From an uncultured Gemmatimonadaceae bacterium (GTDB lineage: Bacteria; Gemmatimonadota; Gemmatimonadetes; Gemmatimonadales; Gemmatimonadaceae), in contig CAVXGK010000001.1 of assembly GCA_963761305.1 (NCBI GenBank), positions 832,001 to 896,000 of the forward strand: a DNA stretch of 64,000 bases, given 5' to 3'. How positions within the stretch are numbered: the first letter of the stretch is position 1; every line of letters begins with the position of its first letter. Positions 1-10,227 of this stretch are shown here, in pieces. Both the position numbers and the translations under genes were made by a program. A model generated the notes under the pieces. The model was not told where the DNA came from and searched no databases. It saw nothing but the letters and a program-made list of their open reading frames with translations.

Positions 1-974
1 TCTACGCCGAAGACGCGGACTCGCTGGCGAGCCAGGGGCAATACATCACCGCGGTCGAACCGGAGATGAGCAAACAGTTACAGGTTCAATATCAAGGGTA
101 CAATACCAGCTCGCACGTCATCGGCACGACGCCGAACTATCCCGACGTGAAGCGCTACACGATGGCTACGGGCGTCATGTTCACGAAGGCCGACGACGAC
201 GGGCGGCGTCGGGCCGCGGTACTCGGGGCGACGGTCGTGGCGAATCTCCACGTGACCGCCGGCGCGCTGGTCGATTCGACGATTCGCATCGACGGCATTC
301 CGTTCACCGTGATCGGCGTGATGGCGCCCAAGGGCGGCGCCTCGGGCTTCGGCGACCCCGACGACGAGATTCTGATTCCGCTCCAGACGGCGCGTTTTCG
401 TGTGATGGACACGCGGCAGATCCAAACGATCGGCGTCCTCGCGCCGACCGAGGATCTGATTCCGAAGACGATGGCGAACATCGAACGCGTGATGCGCCGT
501 GTCCATCACATACTTCCCGGCCGGCCGGACGATTTTCAGATCCGCAACCAGGCGGACTTTCTCAACGCGTTCGCCGAGACGACGCAGTCGTTCACTCTGT
601 TGCTCGCCGGCATCGCGGCCGTCAGTCTTCTCGTTGGCGGCATCGGCATCATGAACATCATGCTGGTGTCGGTCACCGAGCGAACGCGCGAAATCGGCAT
701 TCGCAAGGCGCTTGGCGCGACGCGCCGAAATGTGCTGCTTCAGTTTCTCGTCGAGGCGGTGGTGCTGTCGCTGCTGGGCGGCGCCGTTGGCGCACTGCTC
801 GGACTTGGGGGGGCCGAGGTGATGCGGCTGTCGGCGCACTGGAACGCCACCGTGAGTCCCTCGTCGATCCTGATGGCGTTCGCGTTCTCGGCGTTCGTCG
901 GGGTCGTGTTCGGCGTCTGGCCGGCCAACCGCGCGGCCCAACTCGATCCGATCGAGGCGCTGCGTTACGAGTGA
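1..974 (+). CDS. MacB/FtsX-family ABC transporter permease (5'-truncated by window edge)
   Basis: Frame is open from position 3. Signature GGIGIMNIMLVSVTERTREIGIRKALGA and C-terminal PANRAAQLDPIEALRYE. Confidence 0.95.
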   Translation, partial: YAEDADSLASQGQYITAVEPEMSKQLQVQYQGYNTSSHVIGTTPNYPDVKRYTMATGVMFTKADDDGRRRAAVLGATVVANLHVTAGALVDSTIRIDGIPFTVIGVMAPKGGASGFGDPDDEILIPLQTARFRVMDTRQIQTIGVLAPTEDLIPKTMANIERVMRRVHHILPGRPDDFQIRNQADFLNAFAETTQSFTLLLAGIAAVSLLVGGIGIMNIMLVSVTERTREIGIRKALGATRRNVLLQFLVEAVVLSLLGGAVGALLGLGGAEVMRLSAHWNATVSPSSILMAFAFSAFVGVVFGVWPANRAAQLDPIEALRYE

Positions 975-978
975 CGCC

Positions 979-1072
979 CGCGAGAGTGCACGACTGACTC
1001 TCGCGTTTGTGCGGGTCGATTCCTGCCATGTCGATGGCTGACCTCCCGGTCTGCCTCGTCGCGAGACGAGGC
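979..1072. terminator. Hairpin cluster between convergent genes (probable bidirectional terminator)
   Basis: CGCGAGAGT-N9-ACTCTCGCG (979-1005) followed by TTTGT; GCCTCGTC-GCGA-GACGAGGC (1053-1072). Confidence 0.6.
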
Positions 1073-1080
1073 CTCGAACG

Positions 1081-3498
1081 TCATCGCGACGCTGTTGGTC
1101 CGGGCATCGGCGTCCAGCCCGCGAGAACGGCGGCAGCCGTGAAACGCGCGGCGTCGGTGTCGCTCAAGACGCGTCGCGCATCGCTGTGAATGGCACCCGG
1201 GCCTTTCGTTCCGTATTCGGCGAAGCGCGCCGACGACGGCTCGTACCACACGCGCGTGCCGGTCGAGTCGACCGACGACATCCGATCCCAGCCGCGCTCG
1301 CCGATATGGTCGTCCATCCGGCAATCGATGAACGCGACGCTGGCGACGGCGCGCGGGTTGGCGAACGGGTGCCACGGCCTGCCGAGCGTCACCGAGTTGG
1401 GCGCCATCTCGGGATGCTCCTTCTTCAACCGGCTATGAAGAAATAGAAAGCCGAACGACTGGCCGGCGTCGGTGCTCGCCGCGGTGACATAGCCGTTGTT
1501 CGTCTTGCTGCCGCGGTCCCGCGACACGATGTCACAATCGTCGAACACGGCTTGGCCGGCGCCGAAGATGAAATCGACGTGGCCCCACACCTCGCAGCGC
1601 GCGAAGTAGCTGCGGCCCGAGTTGGGAAAGAGCGTGTCTTGAAAGCCGGTGATCTTCACGTTGACGAACGTCGCGCGATCGGAGCCCAGGTCGAGCATCA
1701 GCGCCACGGCTTGCATGTTCTTGAGCTTCGTCTTGTCGCTGTCCGGCTTGGCGACGTTGGCCGGATAGTCGAACGCGTTCTCGATCGTGAGGTTGTCGGC
1801 GCGGAAATCCGGCGCGACGATTCGCAGGGTGAAGCTGCCGCGCGTGCCGTACGTGCCGCCGCCCGGGTTCGGCGTGTCGGCGGCCGCGTCGTATGTGAGA
1901 ATCGTGCTGTCGCGATTCTCTCCAACGATCGAGACATACGGCCGATCGACGGTCAGCTTTTCGTGGTAGCGGCCGTTCTTCATGAGAATCGCCGCGCGCC
2001 CCACGCCGTTCGGCGGCAGCGCCGTGAGCGCGGCGCCGAGTGAGCGGAACGTCGGCGTGCCGGTGGCGCTGTCGCCGTCGGTGCCGTGGAACTTCGCGTC
2101 GACGATCGCCGCGTAGTGCGCCGCGCCCGTCGTCGACGACGCCACCGGCATCGGGACGAACTTGCCCGTGCACGGATTGGGCGGCGCGTCGGACGTGGTG
2201 CCGGTCGCCGCCACGTCCTCGCCCGATACGGAAAGATTCGACGGCCCGGGGCCGCGCGTGAGCTTCACGTGCTGCGCGACGAGCACGATCGCGCGAGGAT
2301 CGTCGAACACGACGTTGTTGAACGCGATGTCCAGCCGCCGCGCGGCGTCGTACCCGTCGAGCGTGATCTTGCCGCCGTCGAGCACGCGGACGTCGGCCAG
2401 CCGAATGTCGCGGTATTCGGGAATCAGCGTGCCGGTCGTCTCCGGCGACGCCGTATAGTGCGTGTCCATCAGGATCGGTTCCTTCGTGCGCCGGATGCAC
2501 ACGTCGCGATACTCGACGTCGTGCACCAACCCGCCCCGGCTCGCGTTCGACTTGATGCGCAGCCCGTTGTCGGCGCCGTCGACCGAGAGATCGAAGACGC
2601 GAATCGCGCTCGCGCCGCCGTCGGTTTCGCTGCCGATCGACATGCCGTGGCCGCGATAGAAATGGTTGTGCGACACGGTCATGTGCGTGCTGGCGATCTT
2701 CCCAGCCTTGACGGCGACGTTGTCGTCGCCCGTGTTGATGAAGCTCCGCGTGATGGTGACGTTCTCGGCGCTCGTCGGATCGATGCCGTCGGTATTGCGC
2801 GCGCGCGGATCGCGCGTGTCGATGCGAATGCCCCACACGGTGAAGCCCGACGCGCGCTCGAAGACGACGTGGAAGTTCCCGGAGTTCTTGAGCGTCACAT
2901 CGTACAGCGTCGCGTCATTCGACTTGGTCAAGACGATAAGGCGCGGGCAACTCTGGAAGAGATTGCGCACCTTCGCGTCCTGGGCGAGGTCCCACCACGA
3001 CACGTTCTTGCCGAGCACCTTGGCCCACCCGCGGCCGTCGATGGTGCCGGGGCCCATGATGCCGACGCCGATCGCGCCGGTCGCGGAAATGAGCGGCTTG
3101 CACCCGTGCCCCTTCCCGTCGACGGTGCCGCAGCGGCCGTCGATGTCGTAGACCTTGGCGTCGCGCGAGCCAAACAGAATCGCGCTTGTATCGACGACGA
3201 GCGTCACGCCGCGCGCGAGCGTCAGCGGACCGGTGAGGAACGCGCGCTTCGCGCCGTTCGCGCGCAGCACGACGGCTCGCCCGGCGCCGCAATGATCGAT
3301 GGCCGCCTGAATGCGGGGCGTGTCGAGCTTGGTCTCGTCGGCGTCGGCGAGCGTCGTGTCGGCGACGGGCGTCAGCTCCGCGGTGAGCGACGCGCAGGCC
3401 GGCGGCCGCTTCGGCTCGATCACGTTTCGCGTGTCCTGGGCGGGCGAGACTCGCGCGACGAGACACGCCAGCGCGGCGACGACTGCTTGGCGCCTCAT
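1081..3498 (-). CDS. Secreted bifunctional polygalacturonase (GH28) / pectin methylesterase (CE8) fusion
   Basis: Signal peptide MRRQAVVAALACLVARVSPA. GH28 motifs NTDG, GDD, GHG, RIK. CE8 motifs GRYHE, QAVAL, QDTL, DFIFG, LGRPW. Start overlaps the upstream stop (ATGA). Confidence 0.92.
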   Translation of the reverse strand: MRRQAVVAALACLVARVSPAQDTRNVIEPKRPPACASLTAELTPVADTTLADADETKLDTPRIQAAIDHCGAGRAVVLRANGAKRAFLTGPLTLARGVTLVVDTSAILFGSRDAKVYDIDGRCGTVDGKGHGCKPLISATGAIGVGIMGPGTIDGRGWAKVLGKNVSWWDLAQDAKVRNLFQSCPRLIVLTKSNDATLYDVTLKNSGNFHVVFERASGFTVWGIRIDTRDPRARNTDGIDPTSAENVTITRSFINTGDDNVAVKAGKIASTHMTVSHNHFYRGHGMSIGSETDGGASAIRVFDLSVDGADNGLRIKSNASRGGLVHDVEYRDVCIRRTKEPILMDTHYTASPETTGTLIPEYRDIRLADVRVLDGGKITLDGYDAARRLDIAFNNVVFDDPRAIVLVAQHVKLTRGPGPSNLSVSGEDVAATGTTSDAPPNPCTGKFVPMPVASSTTGAAHYAAIVDAKFHGTDGDSATGTPTFRSLGAALTALPPNGVGRAAILMKNGRYHEKLTVDRPYVSIVGENRDSTILTYDAAADTPNPGGGTYGTRGSFTLRIVAPDFRADNLTIENAFDYPANVAKPDSDKTKLKNMQAVALMLDLGSDRATFVNVKITGFQDTLFPNSGRSYFARCEVWGHVDFIFGAGQAVFDDCDIVSRDRGSKTNNGYVTAASTDAGQSFGFLFLHSRLKKEHPEMAPNSVTLGRPWHPFANPRAVASVAFIDCRMDDHIGERGWDRMSSVDSTGTRVWYEPSSARFAEYGTKGPGAIHSDARRVLSDTDAARFTAAAVLAGWTPMPGPTASR

Positions 3499-4670
3499 GG
3501 CCGAGCCTCGATCGTCACCGTGAGCGGTGTCGCGAGGCGACGCGCCTGGTCGTCCAGATACGCCCACCAATCGCGCACGTCGTGGAAATCGCCGCTGGCC
3601 GTCCACCCGGCGCCGATATAGTAGCTCACCGGCTCGCCGGATTTCGCCCGCGACAGCGCCAGGTAGTGATCGCTCGTCTCTTTCCAATCGACGACCGCGT
3701 CGCGCGGAAGCAGAATGCCGATCCCGAGGTCGCCGTGCCCTCCGTCCTTCGGCACGATCGGGCCCCACTCAGTGAGCCAGGCCCATGCGTTCGCTTTGCT
3801 CTCCGATCCCACCACGTGGGGGCGTTTGACGATGCCCGTGACCCACGGGATCTGCGCCGACGAGTTGTCTGTTTTGAAGATGCTGACGACGTGGTTCAGG
3901 TTGTGGCCGGCATCGAGCGCGATGCGCTTCGTCTCCGACACGCGAAGGCCGGCGGCGTCCCACGGTTGGTATTGCAGCTCGAAGATCGCGCGCACCGGTC
4001 CCGGAGCAATCACGCGCCAGCTCTTGAAGTTCAGCGCGCGGTAGAGCTTGTCGCCGCGCAGAATTCCCGTTCCGCCCGCGCCGAGCGACTCGCCGACGTC
4101 GAAGAAGTCGGCGCCTTCGCCGTTGTCGTGGTGGTACTCGTCGTGACCCTTCGCGTACCACTTGTCGACGATCGGGTCGCGCACGCGCTTGACCCAGACG
4201 TCGACGCCGCTGCTGTTGAGCGAATCGACCTTCCAGAGTCCCTGCCCGTAGATGCGATAGGCGATGCGATCGCTCTCCCACGCCACGTCGTCGCGCGGGT
4301 CCTCGTGGACCGCGTAGGCGCGCAACTTCGGCGGCGCGAACCCCGGAGCGCCACCTTCTATAAGAAAGCGCTTGGCTTCGCCCGGGCCGAACGACGACTG
4401 GAAGATCAGCTCGTCCATCGTGCCGTCGCCGTCGTTGTCGACGACCTGGGACACGACTTCGTCGCCGGCGCTCGAGCGCACCCGGACGGCGCCCGGCGCG
4501 GCGTTGGGGAGCTGCGCTCGGACGTCGCTCCACCGCACGCCGATCGTCTCGTCCGGACGGGGAACCGGCAGCGTGTTCTGCACCCGGACCGCGAATCCCG
4601 TGGTCTGCGCCGCGCCGGCCGACGCGCCGAGCACACCCGCGACCAACGCCAACCCGATGTGACGAATCAT
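3495..4670 (-). CDS. DUF4861-family exported protein
   Basis: Signal peptide MIRHIGLALVAGVLGASAGA. Motifs DDVAWESDRIAYRIYG, SGVDVWVKR, YHHDNGEGADFFDVGESLGAGG. ATGA overlaps at both ends. Confidence 0.8.
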   Translation of the reverse strand: MIRHIGLALVAGVLGASAGAAQTTGFAVRVQNTLPVPRPDETIGVRWSDVRAQLPNAAPGAVRVRSSAGDEVVSQVVDNDGDGTMDELIFQSSFGPGEAKRFLIEGGAPGFAPPKLRAYAVHEDPRDDVAWESDRIAYRIYGQGLWKVDSLNSSGVDVWVKRVRDPIVDKWYAKGHDEYHHDNGEGADFFDVGESLGAGGTGILRGDKLYRALNFKSWRVIAPGPVRAIFELQYQPWDAAGLRVSETKRIALDAGHNLNHVVSIFKTDNSSAQIPWVTGIVKRPHVVGSESKANAWAWLTEWGPIVPKDGGHGDLGIGILLPRDAVVDWKETSDHYLALSRAKSGEPVSYYIGAGWTASGDFHDVRDWWAYLDDQARRLATPLTVTIEARP

Positions 4671-5491
4671 TTGAGTTCCCTCATGTCGACGGCTTGCATG
4701 TCCGCGAAGTCCTGATTCTCTCCACCCATTGCCCAGCAGAACGAGTACGCGGCCGTACCGCAGCCGGAGTGAATCGACCACGCCGGTGAGAGCACGACCT
4801 CCTCGTTCCGCACCACGACGTGGCGCGTCGCTCCCGGCTCCCCGAACAGGTGAATCACCACCTCCTGCTCGGGCACGTCGAAGTACAGATAGACCTCGGT
4901 GCGGCGGACGTGACGATGGCTGGGCATCGTATTCCACACGCTGCCCGCGGCGAGCGTCGTCACGCCCATGAGCAGTTGTGCCGTCTCGAGCCGGGCGGGA
5001 TGGATGTACTTGGCGAGCTGGCGGCGATTCGCGTTGGCGTCGCCGCCGAGATCGGCCTTGTCGGCGTCGTCGCGTGAGACGCGCGTCGACGGATGCGACG
5101 CGTGCGCCGGATAGCTCACGAGGTAGAATCGCGCCGGATTCGTCGCGCTGGCGCTGCCGAACGACACGTCGCGCGTGCCGCGCCCGAGGTAGACGACGTC
5201 GCGCGGCTGCACGTCGAACGGCTGGCCGCCGGCCCGAACGCGCCCCGGCCCGCCGACGTTCAGCACGCCCATCTCGCGCCGCTCGAGAAAATGCTCGGCG
5301 GCGAGCCACGCCGGCGGGTCGAGCGTGATCGGCGCGTCGAGAGGGACGGCACCGCCGAGAATGACGCGATCGAGATCGACGTGCCGCAGCGTGAGACGGC
5401 CCGGCGCGAACAGGCCGCCCACGACGAACGCCGCGCGGAGCTCGTCGGAGCTCATTGTCTTGGCGCGTTCGGCGTCCGGGAGATAGTGCAT
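4667..5491 (-). CDS. kduI: 5-dehydro-4-deoxy-D-glucuronate isomerase
   Basis: FLERREMGVLNVGG, WNTMPSHRHVRRTEVYLYF, SPAWSIHSGCGT, WAMGGENQDF. Alternative GTG start at 5500. Confidence 0.95.
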   Translation of the reverse strand: MHYLPDAERAKTMSSDELRAAFVVGGLFAPGRLTLRHVDLDRVILGGAVPLDAPITLDPPAWLAAEHFLERREMGVLNVGGPGRVRAGGQPFDVQPRDVVYLGRGTRDVSFGSASATNPARFYLVSYPAHASHPSTRVSRDDADKADLGGDANANRRQLAKYIHPARLETAQLLMGVTTLAAGSVWNTMPSHRHVRRTEVYLYFDVPEQEVVIHLFGEPGATRHVVVRNEEVVLSPAWSIHSGCGTAAYSFCWAMGGENQDFADMQAVDMRELK

Positions 5492-5499
5492 CGTTGTCA

Positions 5500-6267
5500 C
5501 TAGCGAGCCATCCAGCCGCCGTCCACGACGAGGACGTGACCGTTGACGTAGTTCGAGGCGTCCGACGCGAGAAACACGATCGCGCCGGCGAGATCTGGCG
5601 GCTGGCCCCAACGACCTGCGGGGATGCGCGCGTCGATCTGTGCTACGCGGGTTGTGTTCTGGCGAAGGCGCTCCGTGTTGTCCGTGACGAAGTAGCCCGG
5701 CGCGATCGCGTTCACCTGCACATTGCACGACGCCCACTCGTTGGCGAGCGATTTGGTGAGTCCGGCGATTCCGTGCTTGCTGGCAGTGTACGCGGCTACG
5801 TTGAGGCCGCCGCTGAACGACAACACCGACGCGATGTTGATGATCTTCCCCTGACCGGCGGCGATCATTTCAGCGCCGAACCGTTGGCTGAGCAGCCACG
5901 CGGCGTCGAGGTTCGTGCGCAGCACGCGGTCCCAGTCCTCGCGCGGGAAGTTTTCGGCGGGGTATCGTGCGATGCCGCCGGCGTTGTTGACGAGTATGTG
6001 CAAGGAGATGACCTGGCGCTCGACCTCCGCGGCCATTGCTTCGACCGCGTCGCGGTCGGCGAGGTCCGCGTGGAACGTCCACGCTTCTCTGCCCAGAGCC
6101 CGGATGCGCTCCGCCGTGTCGTCAGCGCCGCCAGGACGCGAGCTGGCGCAGGCGACGTCGGCTCCCGCCTCGGCCAACGCGATGGCCAGCGCGCGACCTA
6201 ACCCTCGGCTCGCACCCGTGACGAGCGCCGACTTTCCGGCGAGCGAAAATGTTTCGAGAACGCTCAT
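5500..6267 (-). CDS. kduD: 2-dehydro-3-deoxy-D-gluconate 5-dehydrogenase (SDR)
   Basis: TGASRGLG, NNAG, YTASK, LANEWA, RIPAGRWG, VDGGWMAR; adjacent to kduI. Confidence 0.92.
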   Translation of the reverse strand: MSVLETFSLAGKSALVTGASRGLGRALAIALAEAGADVACASSRPGGADDTAERIRALGREAWTFHADLADRDAVEAMAAEVERQVISLHILVNNAGGIARYPAENFPREDWDRVLRTNLDAAWLLSQRFGAEMIAAGQGKIINIASVLSFSGGLNVAAYTASKHGIAGLTKSLANEWASCNVQVNAIAPGYFVTDNTERLRQNTTRVAQIDARIPAGRWGQPPDLAGAIVFLASDASNYVNGHVLVVDGGWMAR

Positions 6268-7451
6268 CGTCCGAGCTCGATCGCCGCGAGGAGAAAGGCC
6301 CCGACACCCTTGTAATCATCGGCGACGACCGGTTCGCTCACGTAGTACTCGTACGAGCCGTCCCGCGGCGGATCCCCGCCGAGACCGGCGACTTTGCAGA
6401 TGCCGCGGATCGACACGAGGCCATCCTCGCCGGTCGTCACGAACTGTTTGATCATGCCGTCGAATGCACGCGCGGCAAGCGAGTGGTACTTCGGCGCGAG
6501 GTAGCCGAGCCGCGCGCCTTTGGCGAACGAGTAGGCGAACATCGCCGACGCGGATTCCTCGAGGTAGTTGCGCGGGCGACTCGGCTTGTCGAGCACCTGC
6601 CACCACACACCGGTCGAGTCCTGCACGCGCGCCACGGCGTCGGCGAGTTGCTGCACGATTCGAATCAGTGCCGGCCGATCGCGGTGATTCGGCGGCAGGT
6701 AGTCGAGCACGTCGATCGCGGCCATCAAGTACCAGCCGACCGCTCGCCCCCAAAAATTCTTCGATCGTCCCGTGACGGGATCTGCCCACGGTTGGCGGTG
6801 CGCAGAGTCCCAGGCGTGGTAGTAGAGGCCAGTCGCCGAATCGCGCAGTTGATGCGCGACGATCAGGAATTGGTGCGCGACGTCGTTCATCGCCGCCGTG
6901 TCGGCGTGGCGGGCGGCGAATTGCGCGTAGAACGGCTCGGCCATGTACAGGCCGTCGAGCCACATCTGCTGCGGGTAGATCTTCTTGTGCCAGAAGCCGT
7001 CGTTCGCCGTCCGCGGCTGCTTGTCCAGTTGCGCGCGCAGGCGACCGGCGGCGTGCGCGTAGCGTGGATCGTGGGTCGCGTCGGCGAGCGCGAAGAGCAC
7101 GCGGCCTTCGTTGATCTGGTCGAGATTGAACTCGGCCTGTTGGTACGTTCTGATCGACCCGTCAGAGCTCACGAGCGAGTCGATGCTGCGTTTCACGTAG
7201 TCGGCGTATCGCGCATCGCCGGTCGCGGCAGCGAGCCGCTGCATTCCGAGAAGGACGAGTCCCGCTGTGTAGTCCCACTTGTCGAGCACCGCCGGCGGAC
7301 TCCGGCGCATGACCGACTCGGCGATTCGCACCGACCAGGTTCGGTCGGCGGCTGCGCGATGCGTGGACGCGTCGCGTCCCGGCGTCTGCGTCTGCGCAAG
7401 CGCAGGCAGCGCGCCGACGGCGACGGCGACAGCGAGCGCGCGATGCCTCAC
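6264..7451 (-). CDS. GH105 unsaturated (rhamno)galacturonyl hydrolase (YteR/YesR-like), exported
   Basis: WDYTAG, FWHKKIYPQQMWLDGLYM, GLYYHAWD, FWGRAVGW, YLEESASAM; signal peptide. Confidence 0.9.
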   Translation of the reverse strand: MRHRALAVAVAVGALPALAQTQTPGRDASTHRAAADRTWSVRIAESVMRRSPPAVLDKWDYTAGLVLLGMQRLAAATGDARYADYVKRSIDSLVSSDGSIRTYQQAEFNLDQINEGRVLFALADATHDPRYAHAAGRLRAQLDKQPRTANDGFWHKKIYPQQMWLDGLYMAEPFYAQFAARHADTAAMNDVAHQFLIVAHQLRDSATGLYYHAWDSAHRQPWADPVTGRSKNFWGRAVGWYLMAAIDVLDYLPPNHRDRPALIRIVQQLADAVARVQDSTGVWWQVLDKPSRPRNYLEESASAMFAYSFAKGARLGYLAPKYHSLAARAFDGMIKQFVTTGEDGLVSIRGICKVAGLGGDPPRDGSYEYYVSEPVVADDYKGVGAFLLAAIELGR

Positions 7452-8878
7452 CGCACCGGCGCTCCGTTGATCGTCGTGCCGGTCGTGTCGAGACCGGTCA
7501 CGTGCTCGAGCACGTTGCCGTTCTCGACGCCGCCGAAGTGACAGTCGGCCACCCGTATCCGTTCGATCGGCGCGTTCGCGAAGCCTTTGAGATAGAGGCC
7601 GTATTTGCTCTCGTGACTGCTGACGTTTCGCAGGACGACGTCGCGCGCAATCGGTGTGAACGGCCCCTTGGCGCCTTCTTCATACGTGAAGTCGATCGAG
7701 AGCACGGCGTTCGCCAACTGCCCCACCGTGACATCGCGCATGTAGATATCGTGGACGACGCCGCCCCGCATCGCGTTGTTCTTGATGCGCAGCGCATTGT
7801 CGAGCCGCGGACTGTCCATGCGGCAATCGAGCGCGAACACGTTCCAGCACCCGCCGGAGATCTCGCTCCCGATCGTCACGCCGCCGTGACCGTCGCGCAT
7901 CTCGCAGTTGCGGACGATGATGTTCTCGCTCGGCACTTTCACGCGCCGTCCGTCGGCGTTGCGCCCCGATTTGATGGCGATGCAGTCGTCGCCGGTGTTG
8001 AACACGCAGTGTTCGATCAACACGTCGCGACACGATTCCGGATTGCAGCCGTCGTTGTTCGGCCCGAGGCTGGAGATCTTCACGCCGCGAACGGTGACGT
8101 TCTGGCAGAGGACGGGATTGATCTCCCACATCGGCGAGTTCGTGATCGACACGTTTTCGATCAGCACGTTGCGACAGCGGTACGGCTGGATGAAGGGCGG
8201 TCGCAGATAGTCGCCGGCGCCGAACGTGCGCCGCTCGACGGCCTCGCCGCGTTCGGCCATCTCGAGAAGGCGCTGGCGCGATGCGTTGTAGTTCGGCGCG
8301 CCGTGAACCCATCCGAAGTCGGCGCTTCCCTTCCACGGCCACCAATGCTCGCGGTCGGCCTGGCCGTCGAGCGTCCCTTCGCCGGTGATGGCGACGTTCT
8401 GTTGGTCGTACGCGTAGATAAAGGGCGAGTAGTTGAGCAGCTCCGTCCCTTCGAAGCGCGTACGCACGGCGGGCAAGTAGCGACGCGGGTCGCGGTCGAA
8501 GAGCAACGTCGCGTCGCGCATGACGTGCAGCTCGACGTTGCTGCGGAGATGAATCGGCCCCGTGGCGAATCGCCCCGCCGGAATCACCACGCGCCCGCCG
8601 CCTTCGCTCACACACGCCGCGATGGCGCGGCGGACCGCCTCCGTGGCGTCGGTGCGGCCGTCGCCGACCGCGCCGAAGCGCGTGACGTTGAACTCGCGGC
8701 TGGGAAATCGCGGCGGCGTGATGCGCGCGAGAATCTCCGGCACCAACGCCCAACCTCGCTCGAGCACCGGCGCTGAGGTCGCGACGCGCGTCGTGTTTCC
8801 GCATGCCGCCACGCCGAGCGGGGAAACCGCCGCCGCGCCCACGCCCATCGCTTTCAGGAAATCGCGCCGGGTCGTCAT
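7448..8878 (-). CDS. GH28 (exo-)polygalacturonase with Tat/lipoprotein signal
   Basis: MTTRRDFLK twin-arginine signal, VAAC lipobox-like; NNDG, GDD, GHG, RIK motifs; ATGA overlap with exuT stop. Confidence 0.92.
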   Translation of the reverse strand: MTTRRDFLKAMGVGAAAVSPLGVAACGNTTRVATSAPVLERGWALVPEILARITPPRFPSREFNVTRFGAVGDGRTDATEAVRRAIAACVSEGGGRVVIPAGRFATGPIHLRSNVELHVMRDATLLFDRDPRRYLPAVRTRFEGTELLNYSPFIYAYDQQNVAITGEGTLDGQADREHWWPWKGSADFGWVHGAPNYNASRQRLLEMAERGEAVERRTFGAGDYLRPPFIQPYRCRNVLIENVSITNSPMWEINPVLCQNVTVRGVKISSLGPNNDGCNPESCRDVLIEHCVFNTGDDCIAIKSGRNADGRRVKVPSENIIVRNCEMRDGHGGVTIGSEISGGCWNVFALDCRMDSPRLDNALRIKNNAMRGGVVHDIYMRDVTVGQLANAVLSIDFTYEEGAKGPFTPIARDVVLRNVSSHESKYGLYLKGFANAPIERIRVADCHFGGVENGNVLEHVTGLDTTGTTINGAPVR

Positions 8879-10215
8879 GCGAGTGACGCGCGTTGGAGTC
8901 GGGGCGCGAGCAAGTGAATCACGGCCAGCGCGGCGACGTACGCCGTCCCGCACACGAAAAAGATCGGCGTGTAGTTGCTGCCGTTGTGCTGCAACACCCA
9001 CCCCGTGCCGCGCTGAAACAGCGTGCCGCCGATGGCGCCGAAGAATCCGCCGATTCCGACGACCGACCCGACCGCGTACTGCGGGAACATGTCGCTGGCG
9101 AGCGTGAAGATGTTCGCCGACCACCACTGATGTGCCGCCGCCGCGACGCCGACGATGACCACCGCGACCCACATGTTCGACGCCGTCGGAGCGAACATCG
9201 TCGGCACGATGACGAGCGCCGCGACGAGCATCGTCGTCTTGCGCCCGGCATTCACCGACCAGCCGCGCTTGATGAACGCGCCGGACAAGTAGCCGCCGAA
9301 GACCGAGCCCACGTCGGCCAACACGTAGATGACGATGAGCGGCATGGCCACCTGCGACAGCCTGATGCCGTATCGCGAGTCGAGGAATTTCGGCAGCCAG
9401 TACAGATAAAACCACCAGATCGGATCGGTCATCAGCTTGCCGATCGCGAATGCCCACGTCTGACGATGGCGCAGCAGCTGCATCCATCCGACGCGCTTCG
9501 CCGGCTCGAGCGGTTCGCTCGTGATGTGCGCGAGCTCGGCGGCGCCGCACTTCGGATGCTCGCGCGGCGGCCGATAGATCAGCAACCACGGAATCAACCA
9601 CAGGAATCCGAGCGCACCCGTGGCGATGAACGCCGGACGCCATCCCCAATTCAGCGCGATCCACGGCACGAGAATCGGCGTGATGATCGCGCCGACGTTC
9701 GACCCGGCGTTGAACACACCCGTCGCCAGCGCGCGTTCGCGCGATGGGAACCACTCGGCCACCGTCTTGATCGAAGCCGGAAAGTTTCCCGACTCCCCGA
9801 GTCCGAGTGCGAACCGCGCGATGCTGAATCCGCTCGCGGTTCGCGCCAACGCCATTCCCATCGCCGAGATGCTCCACACGGTGACGGAGCCGGCGAAGCC
9901 TCGCCGCGTGCCGAAGCGGTCCATGATTCGGCCGGCGAACAGGAATCCGATGGCGTAGGCGATGGTGAACCACGAGACGACGTCGGCGAACTGCTGCTCG
10001 TTCCACCCGAGATCGCGCTGCAGCGTCGGCCCGAGAATGCCGATGACCTGGCGATCGATGTAGTTGATCGTCGTGGCGAAGAAGAGCAGCGCGCAGATCG
10101 TCCACCGATAGTGACCGATCTTGGAGAGCGCGCCGCTCGTCGCGAGCTCGGTCGCACCCGCGGCCGTGAGCTCGGACCTCGTCGCGTCGCGCGTCGTGTC
10201 GGTCGGTGTCGCCAT
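8875..10215 (-). CDS. exuT: MFS hexuronate transporter
   Basis: RWTICALLFFATTINYIDRQ, ESGNFP, DPIWWFYLYWLP, AAHQWWSANI; operon context. Confidence 0.88.
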   Translation of the reverse strand: MATPTDTTRDATRSELTAAGATELATSGALSKIGHYRWTICALLFFATTINYIDRQVIGILGPTLQRDLGWNEQQFADVVSWFTIAYAIGFLFAGRIMDRFGTRRGFAGSVTVWSISAMGMALARTASGFSIARFALGLGESGNFPASIKTVAEWFPSRERALATGVFNAGSNVGAIITPILVPWIALNWGWRPAFIATGALGFLWLIPWLLIYRPPREHPKCGAAELAHITSEPLEPAKRVGWMQLLRHRQTWAFAIGKLMTDPIWWFYLYWLPKFLDSRYGIRLSQVAMPLIVIYVLADVGSVFGGYLSGAFIKRGWSVNAGRKTTMLVAALVIVPTMFAPTASNMWVAVVIVGVAAAAHQWWSANIFTLASDMFPQYAVGSVVGIGGFFGAIGGTLFQRGTGWVLQHNGSNYTPIFFVCGTAYVAALAVIHLLAPRLQRASLA

Positions 10216-10227
10216 GATTCGCCGCCG

